Positions 1-9,829 of a stretch of DNA of 53,790 bases are shown piece after piece. The stretch lies in the NCBI GenBank assembly GCA_944386695.1, contig CALXCB010000003.1:1-53790 (forward strand). The letters run 5' to 3'. The position numbers were made by a program, and so were the translations under genes. The DNA comes from an uncultured Clostridia bacterium. Its GTDB lineage: Bacteria > Bacillota > Clostridia > TANB77 > CAG-508. The notes below the pieces were generated by a model. That model saw nothing but the letters and a program-made list of their open reading frames with translations. It had not been told where the DNA came from and searched no databases. Positions within the stretch are counted from its first letter, which is position 1. Each line of letters opens with the position of its first letter.

Positions 1-18
1 TTCTACTACTTTCTCTTT

Positions 19-99
19 TTAAATTACGACTCTCTCTCTCTCTCTCTCTCTTAGAGTATCAACGTTTTTACGGTTTACTTTTTTATTATTCTTTTGCAT
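19..99 (-). CDS. 26-codon ORF (MQKNNKKVNRKNVDTLRERERERVVI) containing an (AG)11 tract; probably the out-of-frame 5' end of a gene continuing past the left window edge
   Basis: Not in the ORF track (<60 aa). The minus strand reads AGGAGG (110..105), TTGGC, ATG (99..97), with stop TAA at 21..19. With one AG unit fewer, the frame stays open to position 1. Confidence 0.35.
   Translation of the reverse strand: MQKNNKKVNRKNVDTLRERERERVVI
30..51. repeat. (CT)11 / (AG)11 dinucleotide microsatellite
   Basis: Direct reading shows a perfect 22-nt CT repeat. Confidence 0.95.
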
Positions 100-255
100 G
101 CCAACCTCCTATATTACAAAAATATTTTTATTTATTTCATTACAAACTCTGTTTTTGTAGTTTTTTTGCTTTAATTTATATGATATAATCATATTTTATT
201 TATACAGTTCTATTATATATTACCTACTTTCGTTTTTCAATAGGTTTGTCGAATT

Positions 256-282
256 TGTAAAAAACTTGTAATATTTTTGTAA
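256..282 (+). promoter_or_regulatory. Three TGTAA boxes phased at 11 bp (256, 267, 278); candidate regulator-binding array
   Basis: The sequence is tTGTAAaaaactTGTAAtattttTGTAAtat. It lies about 160-180 nt upstream of the ATG at 99 (minus strand). A similar array occurs at 53357..53392. Confidence 0.3.
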
Positions 283-324
283 TATAAAAACATAAAAATA
301 ACATTAATTCTAAATTCCTTCTTT

Positions 325-1053
325 TTACTTTAAAATACCAATTAAAATATACCTAGCATCATCATATTCATAAGAACATGTAGATAGAGTTAATATTTTT
401 TCTTCATCTTCAAAATCAAGTTCACTTTTAAAAGTAGATTTATTTTTCGCATTTTCTAATATTTGTTTTTTATCATTATCTTTCGTTGGAATATCATAGA
501 TACTTGAATCTGAAGATTCTATATATCCAGCAATTAATTCGACCTCATATGTTTTTTCCTCTGTTAAATAATACATCGTTTTATGACTATCATAATATGA
601 TTGTTCTTTGTAGTTCATAAGTGTTCCGAACATGGTATCATTTTTCATATTATGACCATAAATGATTGTATTCCAATCACTCATATCTTTATTATTTCTA
701 TAATCCATAAATATTGTCCCTGCTCTGTTGTATGTTCCATCTATTAGTCTTCTTAAATAGTATTGATTGTCAATACTTTGAACTACAGGAAAATTTATGG
801 GAGAATTTTCTGAATAAATCCAACCAATTATATCTGTATTTTTTTGTTTTAACACTTCAAAATTTACTTGAATTGGCAGACTATTATTATCTAAATCTTC
901 AGTTTCTATCTCTGTTACTGCTGTATTAATTAAATTTTGGGTTAAATCTTTACTTGCTCTATCTTCTGATAAATAGTTATATATCTTATATCCAAAAAAA
1001 CACATACTACATAGACAGCCTATTAAAATTATTATTTTTATGTATTTTCTCAT
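325..1053 (-). CDS. srtB: Class B sortase
   Basis: N-terminal TM segment, GWIYSENSPINFPVVQSIDNQYYLRR, TIFMDYRNN, catalytic His (IYGHNM) and TLSTC Cys motif. Confidence 0.85.
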   Translation of the reverse strand: MRKYIKIIILIGCLCSMCFFGYKIYNYLSEDRASKDLTQNLINTAVTEIETEDLDNNSLPIQVNFEVLKQKNTDIIGWIYSENSPINFPVVQSIDNQYYLRRLIDGTYNRAGTIFMDYRNNKDMSDWNTIIYGHNMKNDTMFGTLMNYKEQSYYDSHKTMYYLTEEKTYEVELIAGYIESSDSSIYDIPTKDNDKKQILENAKNKSTFKSELDFEDEEKILTLSTCSYEYDDARYILIGILK

Positions 1054-1074
1054 TTCCTATCTTCCTTTTTTAAA

Positions 1075-1105
1075 TAAAGGACGGCTCTTTTTAGAACCGT
1101 CTCTT
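1075..1105 (-). terminator. Imperfect hairpin downstream of the wall-protein gene
   Basis: ggacggctct-tttt-agaaccgtctc. On the minus strand it is followed by tttattt. Confidence 0.45.
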
Positions 1106-1113
1106 ATTGTTAA

Positions 1114-4100
1114 TTAAAAATGTTTTGCTGTTTTGTTATTTCCTTTTCCATGCCATTTTAGTATTGTAATAAATAAAATTCCCGAAATCACTAATCCTAT
1201 AATCCATAATGTTATATTGCTATTATCTCCTGTTTCCACGGTTTCTTCATCTTTTATTTCACTTACTTTTACTTCTTTTTCTGATTCATCTGATGAAGAT
1301 ATTGTTTCATCTTTGTTTTCGTTTTCTGTTTCTTCTTCTGTTGTTACAGTTACTTCTTCTGGATTCTCACTATCATCATCACTTGTGTTTGATCTTGATA
1401 TTGTAAATTCTTTTCCAACTTCTCCATCGTCATATACAACTGACAATTTATATGTCCCAGCAGATAATGTTTTTACATATTCTGGATTTAGTGTAATAGT
1501 TGAATCTTCAGTTGCTATTGTGTAGTTAGATTCATCTATTTCTATATCATTTAATTTTACACCTACGAATTTGCTTGGTTCCCCATTTGCCTTTACTATT
1601 ACAGATCCATTTTGCTCACTTTTTATCTCTAATATTTCATAAACAATTTTATCTATTACTTTATGAACTCTACTAAGCTCTGTTCCACATTCTGTACAAT
1701 ATACTACTTCGTCATAACTTCCTTCTTGCTCTGTTGTTGCTTCGACTTTATTTTCTCTTACTGGCTCCCCTGGCTTATGTTCTAGTTTTTCTGTTGTTTT
1801 TGTCTCCCTACTGATTTCTACTCCACATTCTGTACAATATACTACTTCATCATATCTTCCTTCACTTGTGCATGTAGCTGCAACTTCATTTTCTATTACT
1901 GGAGTTCCTGGTTTATGTTCTAATTTTTCTATTGTTTTTGTCTCTCTACTGATTTCTACTCCACATTCTGTACAATATACTACTTCATCATATCTTCCTT
2001 CTTTTTGATCTGTTGGTTCGATTTCATTTTCTCTTACCGGAGCTCCTGGTTTATGTCCTAATTTCTCTATTTTTTCTGTTTTCCTACTAATTTCTGTTCC
2101 ACACTCTGTACAATACACTACTTCATCATAGCTTCCATCTTCTGTACATGTAGCTGCAACCTTGTTTTCTTGTACTGAGGCACCTGGTTTATGTTCTAAT
2201 TTTTCTATTGTTTTTGTTTCTCTACTAATTTCTGTTCCACATTCTGTACAATATACTACTTCGTCATAACTTCCTTCTTTTGAGCATGTAGCTGCAACTT
2301 CATTTTCTCTTACTGGCTCTCCTGCTTTATGTCCTGTTGCTTTATCTACTATATCTTTTGTTCTGCTTATTTCATATCCACATTCTGTACAATATACAAC
2401 ATCATCATGTTTTCCATCTTCTGTACATGTAGGTGCTACAACATTTTCTTTGATCGTTGTTCCTTTTTCATGTTCAGCTTTATTTATCATAGCTCCACAT
2501 TCACATACTTGCCAATGACTTGTTTCATCATTTATCCACTCTCCACTAGTAGTATGATCTTCTTTTTCTGTTGTTTCACCACATCTAGAACATTCTTTCC
2601 AATGCTGTTTATCATCACTATTATTTATTGAAAAATCATGTCCTAATTCTTCTGTTTTTTCATCTTCAACAGTTGTTTCTGTTATTCCATCTGCTTTAAG
2701 TATTTTTTCACAATCATCACATATATAATATTTATTGTTTCCTGTTTCTATACATGTTGCTTCTTTTTCTGGCACTTCTGTTTTATTTTTATGTGAACAT
2801 ATTACTTCTATTTCACATTTTGCTTCTATATTATTTGTTGTTGTTACTGTTATTGTAGCTTTTCCTTCTCCTACTGCTGTTACTTTTCCATCTTGTACTG
2901 TGGCTACACTTGTATCATTACTTGACCATTGGCTTATTGTATCTGTTGTATCCTCTGGTGTTAATTTAGCTGTTAGTGTTGTTTCATCTCCTATATCCAT
3001 TTTAAGTGTTGTTGGATCTACAGTTATTCCTGTTGCTGGTATTGGTGGTTCAGTTACATTTACGTCTTCTATGCCTACAATATATACTCCATATTTTGTG
3101 GCATAAGCATACATATCACTATAATATAGAGAAATATATGTTCCAGAATCGCTTAAATTATAAGAGTCTACATTAAACTCACATTTATCTTCTTCATGCG
3201 CAATTTTATCTTCAAAACGTAATATTGGTGTTGAATTTTCTTCTGTAGGTATCTGATATACTTCACATACCTTTGAATTACTCATACTACCAATTGTCCT
3301 ATACATTTTATTCATTTCAATTTTGCCTGAACTTCCAACTGTTGGATTATTATCTATGTTCATATTGCTATACCTTAGATAATTATCTACTATATATTCT
3401 ATTTTTATTGTTTTTAATTTTCCATCTGGATCATTCATATAGCTTGGTATATCACTACTATTTACTGTATTTGTCCAACATTTATTTTCCTCATCTAATA
3501 CCCATTCACCTTGTACTGGAAGAGTTGCTTTTCTTCCCATTTCTGTATTAACATCTATAGTTTTTGGTAATATTTTAGCTATTTTCTTTAATGTCTCTGT
3601 ATTATCGTTTTCTGGAGCAATATTTACTTTTTTCCATTGTCCATAAACTCCTGCTGCTGTTACTTTAGTATTATCTACATAATTTGTTACATCAAAGAAT
3701 TCTGTTGTATATGTCAAAGTTATATCTTTTCCTGATGATTCTTCTTTTAAACCTGTAACTTCTACTTTGTATTTATCTCCTTCTGAATATTCTATTTTTG
3801 TACCATCAGGTTGTTTAAATATAAGTGTATATCCGCCAGTTAATGTATCTAATCTTAAATTACCATTTGCTATTGTACAATCATATGATTCTCCAGAATT
3901 TAGATTTGTAACTATAATTTTAACATTTCCATAATCATTTAGTTTTTTTATAATATTTGTATTAAGTTCTATACTCCAAGCTGAACGTTTAGGATTAATT
4001 TCATTTAATGGCATATATCCTGGAGCTGGATATGCTGTATATGGCATATCTGTTGAATTGCTACTAGTATCTCCACCAATTGCAACACTTCCTGCATATC

Positions 4101-4737
4101 CAAATTTAAACTCTCCTACTTTCTGTCCGATTACAGTCATTCTATGTCCTATAGTATCAAATTGTCCCCAATTATATACATATCCTTCATCCATCCATCC
4201 TTCTATTGCTCCTTGTGGTGTATATCCTTGTGCTAAAACATTATGTTTACAAGCTACAGCTGTTTGCCACATCTCATCACTCATTCCATCTAGCTTTGTT
4301 TCACCACTGATATTATGATCAAAATATTCATTACGTACTAATGCACCTATTTGTAATTCATCTGAAGATGTAAGTTTTGTTTTTAAAGGTTCTAGTCCTA
4401 CTAAATATCTAAAATAATTGATTTTTGCTTCTACTGCATTTAATGTATCTTGTGTTAATTCTCCTCCATCGTATGGTGCTGTTAAAGATGGTGTTCTTGA
4501 ATAATATGTAGAGCTATCTGTATCTACATATGTTTCCCCTGCATTATATGCTACTGTATATTCATGTCCAATTTCGTCTTTTGTTCTATCTTTAAATACA
4601 TCCCACTGATTTGCATCATAGCCTTTATAGCTTGTTGCTTTTACTATACTTACAATACCTACTGTTGATAATAATATTATTGAAATTAATAGTATTATAA
4701 GTGGCTTAATAATTTTTGTTTTTCTTTCCTTTCTCAT
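1114..4737 (-). CDS. Large cell-surface protein: signal anchor, CAP/SCP-like region, Big_2-like Ig domain, Cys-rich repeats, acidic Ser/Glu stalk, C-terminal sorting-signal-like tail
   Basis: N-terminal TM. YFRYLVGLEPL region (CAP-like, tentative). ITVDPTTLKMDIGDETTLTAKL...SSNDTSVATV (Big_2-like). Six EVVYCTECGxEISR repeats. C-terminus TVETGDNSNITLWIIGLVISGILFITILKWHGKGNNK (motif, hydrophobic stretch, basic tail). Confidence 0.75.
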   Translation of the reverse strand: MRKERKTKIIKPLIILLISIILLSTVGIVSIVKATSYKGYDANQWDVFKDRTKDEIGHEYTVAYNAGETYVDTDSSTYYSRTPSLTAPYDGGELTQDTLNAVEAKINYFRYLVGLEPLKTKLTSSDELQIGALVRNEYFDHNISGETKLDGMSDEMWQTAVACKHNVLAQGYTPQGAIEGWMDEGYVYNWGQFDTIGHRMTVIGQKVGEFKFGYAGSVAIGGDTSSNSTDMPYTAYPAPGYMPLNEINPKRSAWSIELNTNIIKKLNDYGNVKIIVTNLNSGESYDCTIANGNLRLDTLTGGYTLIFKQPDGTKIEYSEGDKYKVEVTGLKEESSGKDITLTYTTEFFDVTNYVDNTKVTAAGVYGQWKKVNIAPENDNTETLKKIAKILPKTIDVNTEMGRKATLPVQGEWVLDEENKCWTNTVNSSDIPSYMNDPDGKLKTIKIEYIVDNYLRYSNMNIDNNPTVGSSGKIEMNKMYRTIGSMSNSKVCEVYQIPTEENSTPILRFEDKIAHEEDKCEFNVDSYNLSDSGTYISLYYSDMYAYATKYGVYIVGIEDVNVTEPPIPATGITVDPTTLKMDIGDETTLTAKLTPEDTTDTISQWSSNDTSVATVQDGKVTAVGEGKATITVTTTNNIEAKCEIEVICSHKNKTEVPEKEATCIETGNNKYYICDDCEKILKADGITETTVEDEKTEELGHDFSINNSDDKQHWKECSRCGETTEKEDHTTSGEWINDETSHWQVCECGAMINKAEHEKGTTIKENVVAPTCTEDGKHDDVVYCTECGYEISRTKDIVDKATGHKAGEPVRENEVAATCSKEGSYDEVVYCTECGTEISRETKTIEKLEHKPGASVQENKVAATCTEDGSYDEVVYCTECGTEISRKTEKIEKLGHKPGAPVRENEIEPTDQKEGRYDEVVYCTECGVEISRETKTIEKLEHKPGTPVIENEVAATCTSEGRYDEVVYCTECGVEISRETKTTEKLEHKPGEPVRENKVEATTEQEGSYDEVVYCTECGTELSRVHKVIDKIVYEILEIKSEQNGSVIVKANGEPSKFVGVKLNDIEIDESNYTIATEDSTITLNPEYVKTLSAGTYKLSVVYDDGEVGKEFTISRSNTSDDDSENPEEVTVTTEEETENENKDETISSSDESEKEVKVSEIKDEETVETGDNSNITLWIIGLVISGILFITILKWHGKGNNKTAKHF
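1655..2480. repeat. Six tandem 138-bp (46-aa) coding repeats inside the wall-protein gene
   Basis: tgtacaata(t/c)ac recurs at 1693, 1831, 1969, 2107, 2245 and 2386 (period 138, last 141). Peptide unit is KLEHKPGxPVxENxVxATCTxEGxYDEVVYCTECGxEISRETKTIE. Confidence 0.9.
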
Positions 4738-5024
4738 TATTGAGTCCCCCTTATTTTTTATAAAAATATTTTATTCTATATTTACTTAAATAAATCTTAT
4801 CATCTCCTTCCTGCTCTAACTTCTATCTCTTGTTTATTATAACTTTGACAAATGTTGTATTTCCATTTTTTGTTATTCATTTCATATTCTATCATAAATA
4901 AAAAAAATAATAAAGTGTTTTTTATATTTTTTCATAATATGTAGTTCTATTCTTACTGGCAGTAAGTTGTCACGCTTATTTCAAAAAGAAATGTGAATTC
5001 TTTGTGAATTTTAGCACTCTTCTA

Positions 5025-5052
5025 TTGACTTTGCTAAATTTAGTGATATAAT
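5025..5052 (+). promoter_or_regulatory. Sigma-A type promoter of the hsp20 gene (TTGACT, 16 nt, TGaTATAAT extended -10)
   Basis: TTGACT at 5025..5030 and TATAAT at 5047..5052 with TG at 5044..5045. It lies about 95 nt upstream of the ATG. Confidence 0.6.
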
Positions 5053-5147
5053 TACATTTGTAAAGAGTTAAAGAACTCTTACAAATATATATGTGTTAAC
5101 CTTACAAGATGGTATCAACACATAAAAAGAAAGGAAGTTGATTTATT

Positions 5148-5573
5148 ATGATGATGATGCCAAGAAGAAGAAATGAATTTGATTTATTGGAGGACATGTT
5201 TAGGATTGATCCATTCTTTTCAGAAGAGGGTAGCAAAATAATGAAAACAGATATAAAAGAAAAGAAAGACAAATATTTACTAGAGATTGATTTACCTGGA
5301 TATGAAAAAGAAGATATTAAAATTCATATTGAAGATGGATACCTAAATATTCATGCTAAAACAAATTCAAAAAATGATGAAAAAGAAGATGGAAAATTTG
5401 TAAGAAAAGAAAGATATTATGGTGAATGCTCAAGAAGCTTCTATATAGGAGACAATATTTCAGAAGATGAAATCCATGCATCTTTCAAAAACGGAACACT
5501 AAAATTGGAAATTCCTAAAAAGGACACAAAGAAAGAATTACCTGAAAAGAAATATATTGAAATTAGTGATTAG
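5148..5573 (+). CDS. Hsp20/alpha-crystallin family small heat-shock protein
   Basis: Alpha-crystallin core: DIKEKKDKYLLEIDLPGYEKEDIKIHIEDGYLNI...FVRKERYYGECSRSFYIG...ASFKNGTLKLEIPK. Confidence 0.9.
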   Translation: MMMMPRRRNEFDLLEDMFRIDPFFSEEGSKIMKTDIKEKKDKYLLEIDLPGYEKEDIKIHIEDGYLNIHAKTNSKNDEKEDGKFVRKERYYGECSRSFYIGDNISEDEIHASFKNGTLKLEIPKKDTKKELPEKKYIEISD

Positions 5574-5580
5574 TCCCAAA

Positions 5581-5616
5581 AATAGCAAGATCTTAAAAGA
5601 TACTTGCTATTTTTTA
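5581..5616. terminator. Hairpin plus T-run between the convergent hsp20 and receiver genes
   Basis: aatagcaag (5581..5589) pairs with cttgctatt (5603..5611), followed by ttttt. It overlaps the stop of the minus-strand gene. Confidence 0.7.
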
Positions 5617-6047
5617 TTTTCCAATTTTTCTTGATTTTCTTTCCATATAATTCTTTTAGCACATATTATTTTATATGCAAGTTCTGACCCGTTAATCTTA
5701 GGAAATTTATATACATAATCCGTAATATTTTTATATTTTGAAAAAAGTATAGGATCTGGGTTAAATGAAACTACTACAAACTTAGGACTATTGATTTGTT
5801 TACTATACTCAATTATTATATCTAATCCAGTAAATTTACGTTCCCTCATTAAATCTGTTACCACCACATCTGGTTTAAATTTTTCTATCATTTTAATTTC
5901 TTCGTTATCAGTATTCGCTATCCCTAATATTTTTATTTGATTATACCTGCTTAGACATGATCTTATTTCTTCACAAGTTTTTATTTCATCATCTGCAATT
6001 ATAATTTTTATGACATTTATATTTATATCATTATTAATATATTTCAT
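5607..6047 (-). CDS. Stand-alone response-regulator receiver (CheY-like) domain protein with no output domain
   Basis: IIIADDE...(acidic pocket), PDVVVTDLMRE (phospho-acceptor Asp context), and about 120-aa REC topology. Confidence 0.65.
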   Translation of the reverse strand: MKYINNDININVIKIIIADDEIKTCEEIRSCLSRYNQIKILGIANTDNEEIKMIEKFKPDVVVTDLMRERKFTGLDIIIEYSKQINSPKFVVVSFNPDPILFSKYKNITDYVYKFPKINGSELAYKIICAKRIIWKENQEKLENKK

Positions 6048-6237
6048 TTATTATTTTTTCTCCTTTAAACTAACAATTAATACTTAACATTTTTTATATT
6101 ATACTTTCTTTTATTTATATAGTCAATCCATACAGTAGTCAAAATAACTGTTTTATTGGTTATGTCATTACAATTCTCCATTAATTTTTCCCTTATTTAA
6201 CCAAAAAAAGAACTAGATGTTCTCTAGTTCCTTTTTT

Positions 6238-6573
6238 CTAACTATTTAAAGCATTATATATTGCTATGTTTGTTAGTTTATATATTGACAATCCATACTT
6301 ATTTTTTAATTCTTCTAATTTATTATATGATGTTTCTCTAATTGCAAAATTATGTGCTTCTACTATTTCGTTATCAGATCTTTCATACAATTTTACATTT
6401 TCAGTTTCTATCATTTCTATTATTGCTACATTTACCATCTTGTTAATTGATGCATCATAAATTTCTGCTAGTTCTGCAAGTTTTTCATATAGTGAATTAT
6501 CTATTTCAATCCTTCTTTTTAAAAGATTATCTTTTTTTAAAAAGTATTTGTCAAAAGTATTCAATTTAACCAC
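6238..6573 (-). CDS. Small DNA-binding protein with two tandem ribbon-helix-helix-like modules
   Basis: The two halves align: RRIEIDNSLYEKLAELAEIYDASINKMVNVAIIEMI and HNFAIRETSYNKLEELKNKYGLSIYKLTNIAIYNAL. The start is uncertain (GTG at 6573, or TTG about 9 nt downstream after GAGGTGG). Confidence 0.55.
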   Translation of the reverse strand: MVKLNTFDKYFLKKDNLLKRRIEIDNSLYEKLAELAEIYDASINKMVNVAIIEMIETENVKLYERSDNEIVEAHNFAIRETSYNKLEELKNKYGLSIYKLTNIAIYNALNS

Positions 6574-6622
6574 CTCACAATACTATTATAATGTCTAATT
6601 ACCTGCTTTTTAATTCCTATAC

Positions 6623-6641
6623 AGTAGTTATTTTAACTACT
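6623..6641. promoter_or_regulatory. Palindromic operator-like site AGTAGTTA-ttt-TAACTACT upstream of the RHH gene
   Basis: Perfect 8-bp arms at 6623..6630 and 6634..6641. It is embedded in the ATACAGTAGT box (6619..6628), which recurs at 6130..6139. Confidence 0.45.
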
Positions 6642-6875
6642 ATAATAGTATACATAAATTTTTAAAACTTATCTCAGTATTGTAATTCTATATCAAATTT
6701 ATTTATTCATAATGGTAATTTTGATAATATGACAATTTAATATCCTGTATTTTCTAGTGATTAAATATATTTAAAACAAATCTCTTAACTAAAAAGAAGT
6801 GTTGCCCATTTTATTTAGGTTACACTTCTTTAATTTTAAACTTATATAAATTTTTAATTCTCCTAAATGCAGGTG

Positions 6876-9629
6876 TTATGCATTCTTTCCATGACAGTTT
6901 TTATACTTTTTGCCACTTCCGCATGGGCAAGGATCATTTCTTCCAACTTTAGGGGTTTCTCTTACAACTGTCCTATTTACCTCAGGATTCTCAATTGCAG
7001 ATTGTCCACCATCAACACTATTTATTGATTGAAGAGCTGCTTTTGTTATTTTAGCTGTCTCGCTTCTTCTTAATTCCTTTTGTTCACGTAAATTCATAAG
7101 AAGTTTTACAACATCTATTTTTATTGCTTCTATCATTTCATCAAACATTTCTGTACCCACAATTCTATATTGAACTACAGGATCTTTTTGTCCCCAGCCT
7201 TGAAGACCTATTCCTTTCTTTAGTTCATCCATAGCATCTATGTGATCCATCCATTTTTGATCAACTACTTTAAGCATTACTATTCTTTCAATTTCGCGAA
7301 GTTGTTCTGGTTCTATTTCTTTCTCTTTTTCAGCATATTTGGCATGCGCTTTTTCTTTTAAACTTTCTATAATAGAATTTACATCTTTCTCTTTTAACTC
7401 ATCAAGCATATTGATACCAAATGTATTAAATATTTCAATAGATAATGATTCTACATTTAACTTAGCATGTCCTTTTTCATCTGCTTCATTAAAAGTTTCT
7501 ACTGTTGTTTCAGCTACCCAATCTATATAGTTTGAAATAACAGGACTTAGATCCATTCCATCAAGCACTTGTTTTCTTTGAGAATATATCTCTTCTCTTT
7601 GAACATTCATAACATCATCATATTTTAATACATTTTTACGAATACTAAAGTTTCTTCCTTCAACTTTCTTTTGAGCATTTTCAACAGCCTTTGAAATCAT
7701 TTTTACTTCTATTGGCATATTTTCATCAACATTTAGTGCAGAATATACTTTTGTTACTTTATCTCCACCAAATATTTTCATTAAATTATCATCTAATGCT
7801 ATATAGAATTTAGAATCTCCTGGGTCTCCTTGACGTCCACTACGTCCACGAAGCTGATTATCTATACGTCTTGATTCATGTCTTTCTGTACCAATTATTT
7901 TTAAACCACCAGCTGCAATTACTTTTTCTTTTTCTTCTTTTATTTGTTCTTGATATTTTGCTTCTAGTTTCTTAAACTGTTCTCTTGCTCTTAAAATATC
8001 TTGGTCATCTGTCTCATAATATGTGTTTGACTCTTCTATTAAGTTTGCTGGAACTTTATTTTGTTTCATTTCTTGCTTTGCTAAAAATTCACTATTTCCT
8101 CCAAGCATAATATCAGTACCACGACCAGCCATATTTGTTGCTATTGTTACTGCTCCATATTTTCCTGCTTGTGCTATAATTTCTGCCTCTTGCTCATGAT
8201 ATTTAGCATTTAATACTGTGTGCTTAATTCCTACTTCTTTTAATTTTTTGCTCAATAACTCTGATTTTTCGACAGAAACTGTACCAATTAGTATTGGTTG
8301 GCCTTTACTATGAGCTTCTTTTACACTTTCTACTATTGCGTTGAATTTCGCTTTTTCGTTTTTATATATAACGTCATTATAATCAATTCTTTTTACTGGT
8401 TTATTTGTTGGAATGGCTACAACGTCCAAATTATAGATTTCCTCAAATTCGCTTGATTCTGTCATAGCAGTACCTGTCATTCCTGAAAGTTTTCCATACA
8501 TTCTAAAGAAGTTTTGGAAAGTAATTGTTGCAAGTGTTTTTGATTCATCTGCTATTTTTACTCTTTCTTTAGCTTCTAATGCTTGGTGTAATCCATCATT
8601 ATATCTTCTTCCATACATGATACGTCCTGTAAATTCATCAACTATTAGTACTTGTCCATCTTTTACAATGTAATCTATATCTTTTTTCATAACACCATGT
8701 GCACGTAATGCTTGGTTTACATGGTGAACAAGCGTCGAATTTTCTATATCGTTAAAATTGTCTAGTCCAAATTCCCTTTCAGCTTTTTCTATACCTTTTT
8801 GTGTTAAAGATGCTGATTTTGCTTTTAAGTCAACTATATAATCATATTTTTCATTGTCTTCTTGTTGATCAAAATCTTTTACATCTTCTTCTACTATTAC
8901 TTTTGCTGATAATTTTCTAACAAAAGAATCTGCTCTTTTATAAAGATCTGATGAAGAATTTGCCCTTCCTGATATTATAAGTGGAGTTCTAGCTTCATCT
9001 ATTAAGATACTATCTATCTCATCTACAATTGCATAATTTAATCCTCTTTGCACTAATTGATTATTATATATTACCATGTTATCTCTTAGATAATCAAAAC
9101 CAAACTCATTATTTGTACCATAAGTTATATCAGCATTATATGCTTCTTGTTTTTGTTTTGGATTCTGTCCAGCTACAACTAAACCAACTGTTAATCCTAA
9201 AAATTTATATAATTTTCCCATCCATTCACTATCACGTTTTGCTAAGTAATCATTTACTGTAACTACATGTACTCCTTTTCCTTCTAGTGCATTTAAGTAT
9301 ACTGGAAGTGTAGCAACAAGTGTCTTTCCTTCACCAGTTTTCATTTCAGCTATTCTTCCTTGATGAAGAATTATACCTCCGATTAATTGAACATCAAAAT
9401 GCCTCATTCCCAATACTCTTTTTGAAGCTTCTCTCACAACAGCAAAAACTTCTGGAAGTATATCGTCTAAAGTTTTTCCGTTAGCTAATTGTTCTTTGAA
9501 ATATGGCGTTTTAGCAGTTAATTCCTTATCTGATAATTTGCTCATTTCTTCCTCTAAGCTATTGATTTTATCAACAATCGGCATTACTTTTTTAACTTCT
9601 TTTTCACTATATGACTTAAATAATTTCAT
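6876..9629 (-). CDS. secA: Preprotein translocase ATPase SecA
   Basis: [14 protein letters not shown] Walker [19 protein letters not shown]-type motif ([19 protein letters not shown]), and C-terminal Zn finger [14 protein letters not shown]. Confidence 0.98.
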   Translation of the reverse strand: MKLFKSYSEKEVKKVMPIVDKINSLEEEMSKLSDKELTAKTPYFKEQLANGKTLDDILPEVFAVVREASKRVLGMRHFDVQLIGGIILHQGRIAEMKTGEGKTLVATLPVYLNALEGKGVHVVTVNDYLAKRDSEWMGKLYKFLGLTVGLVVAGQNPKQKQEAYNADITYGTNNEFGFDYLRDNMVIYNNQLVQRGLNYAIVDEIDSILIDEARTPLIISGRANSSSDLYKRADSFVRKLSAKVIVEEDVKDFDQQEDNEKYDYIVDLKAKSASLTQKGIEKAEREFGLDNFNDIENSTLVHHVNQALRAHGVMKKDIDYIVKDGQVLIVDEFTGRIMYGRRYNDGLHQALEAKERVKIADESKTLATITFQNFFRMYGKLSGMTGTAMTESSEFEEIYNLDVVAIPTNKPVKRIDYNDVIYKNEKAKFNAIVESVKEAHSKGQPILIGTVSVEKSELLSKKLKEVGIKHTVLNAKYHEQEAEIIAQAGKYGAVTIATNMAGRGTDIMLGGNSEFLAKQEMKQNKVPANLIEESNTYYETDDQDILRAREQFKKLEAKYQEQIKEEKEKVIAAGGLKIIGTERHESRRIDNQLRGRSGRQGDPGDSKFYIALDDNLMKIFGGDKVTKVYSALNVDENMPIEVKMISKAVENAQKKVEGRNFSIRKNVLKYDDVMNVQREEIYSQRKQVLDGMDLSPVISNYIDWVAETTVETFNEADEKGHAKLNVESLSIEIFNTFGINMLDELKEKDVNSIIESLKEKAHAKYAEKEKEIEPEQLREIERIVMLKVVDQKWMDHIDAMDELKKGIGLQGWGQKDPVVQYRIVGTEMFDEMIEAIKIDVVKLLMNLREQKELRRSETAKITKAALQSINSVDGGQSAIENPEVNRTVVRETPKVGRNDPCPCGSGKKYKNCHGKNA

Positions 9630-9829
9630 TTTCCCTTCATCCTCTCAAAATTGATTTATGTAATTTCACTTGTTTAATATACCACTAAAATCATTTTTTA
9701 GCAAGTTTTTTTGTAATATTATTTAAATTTAAGAATAAATTTTTATTATAATTAGTTAATTGATTATACTAAACATAATCATCTAATACTAAATTATAAA
9801 ATATATCTAAAAGAAAGAGTTGGTTTTTT

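Noticed and set aside
5011-5037. CIRCE (HrcA) operator upstream of hsp20
   Set aside because: The left arm TTAGCACTC is perfect and the spacing is 9 nt, but the right arm is CTTTGCTAA against the consensus GAGTGCTAA (6/9). This is too degenerate to call. Two 5'-UTR inverted repeats (5059..5083 and 5091..5123) were also seen but cannot be assigned a function such as an RNA thermometer from sequence alone.
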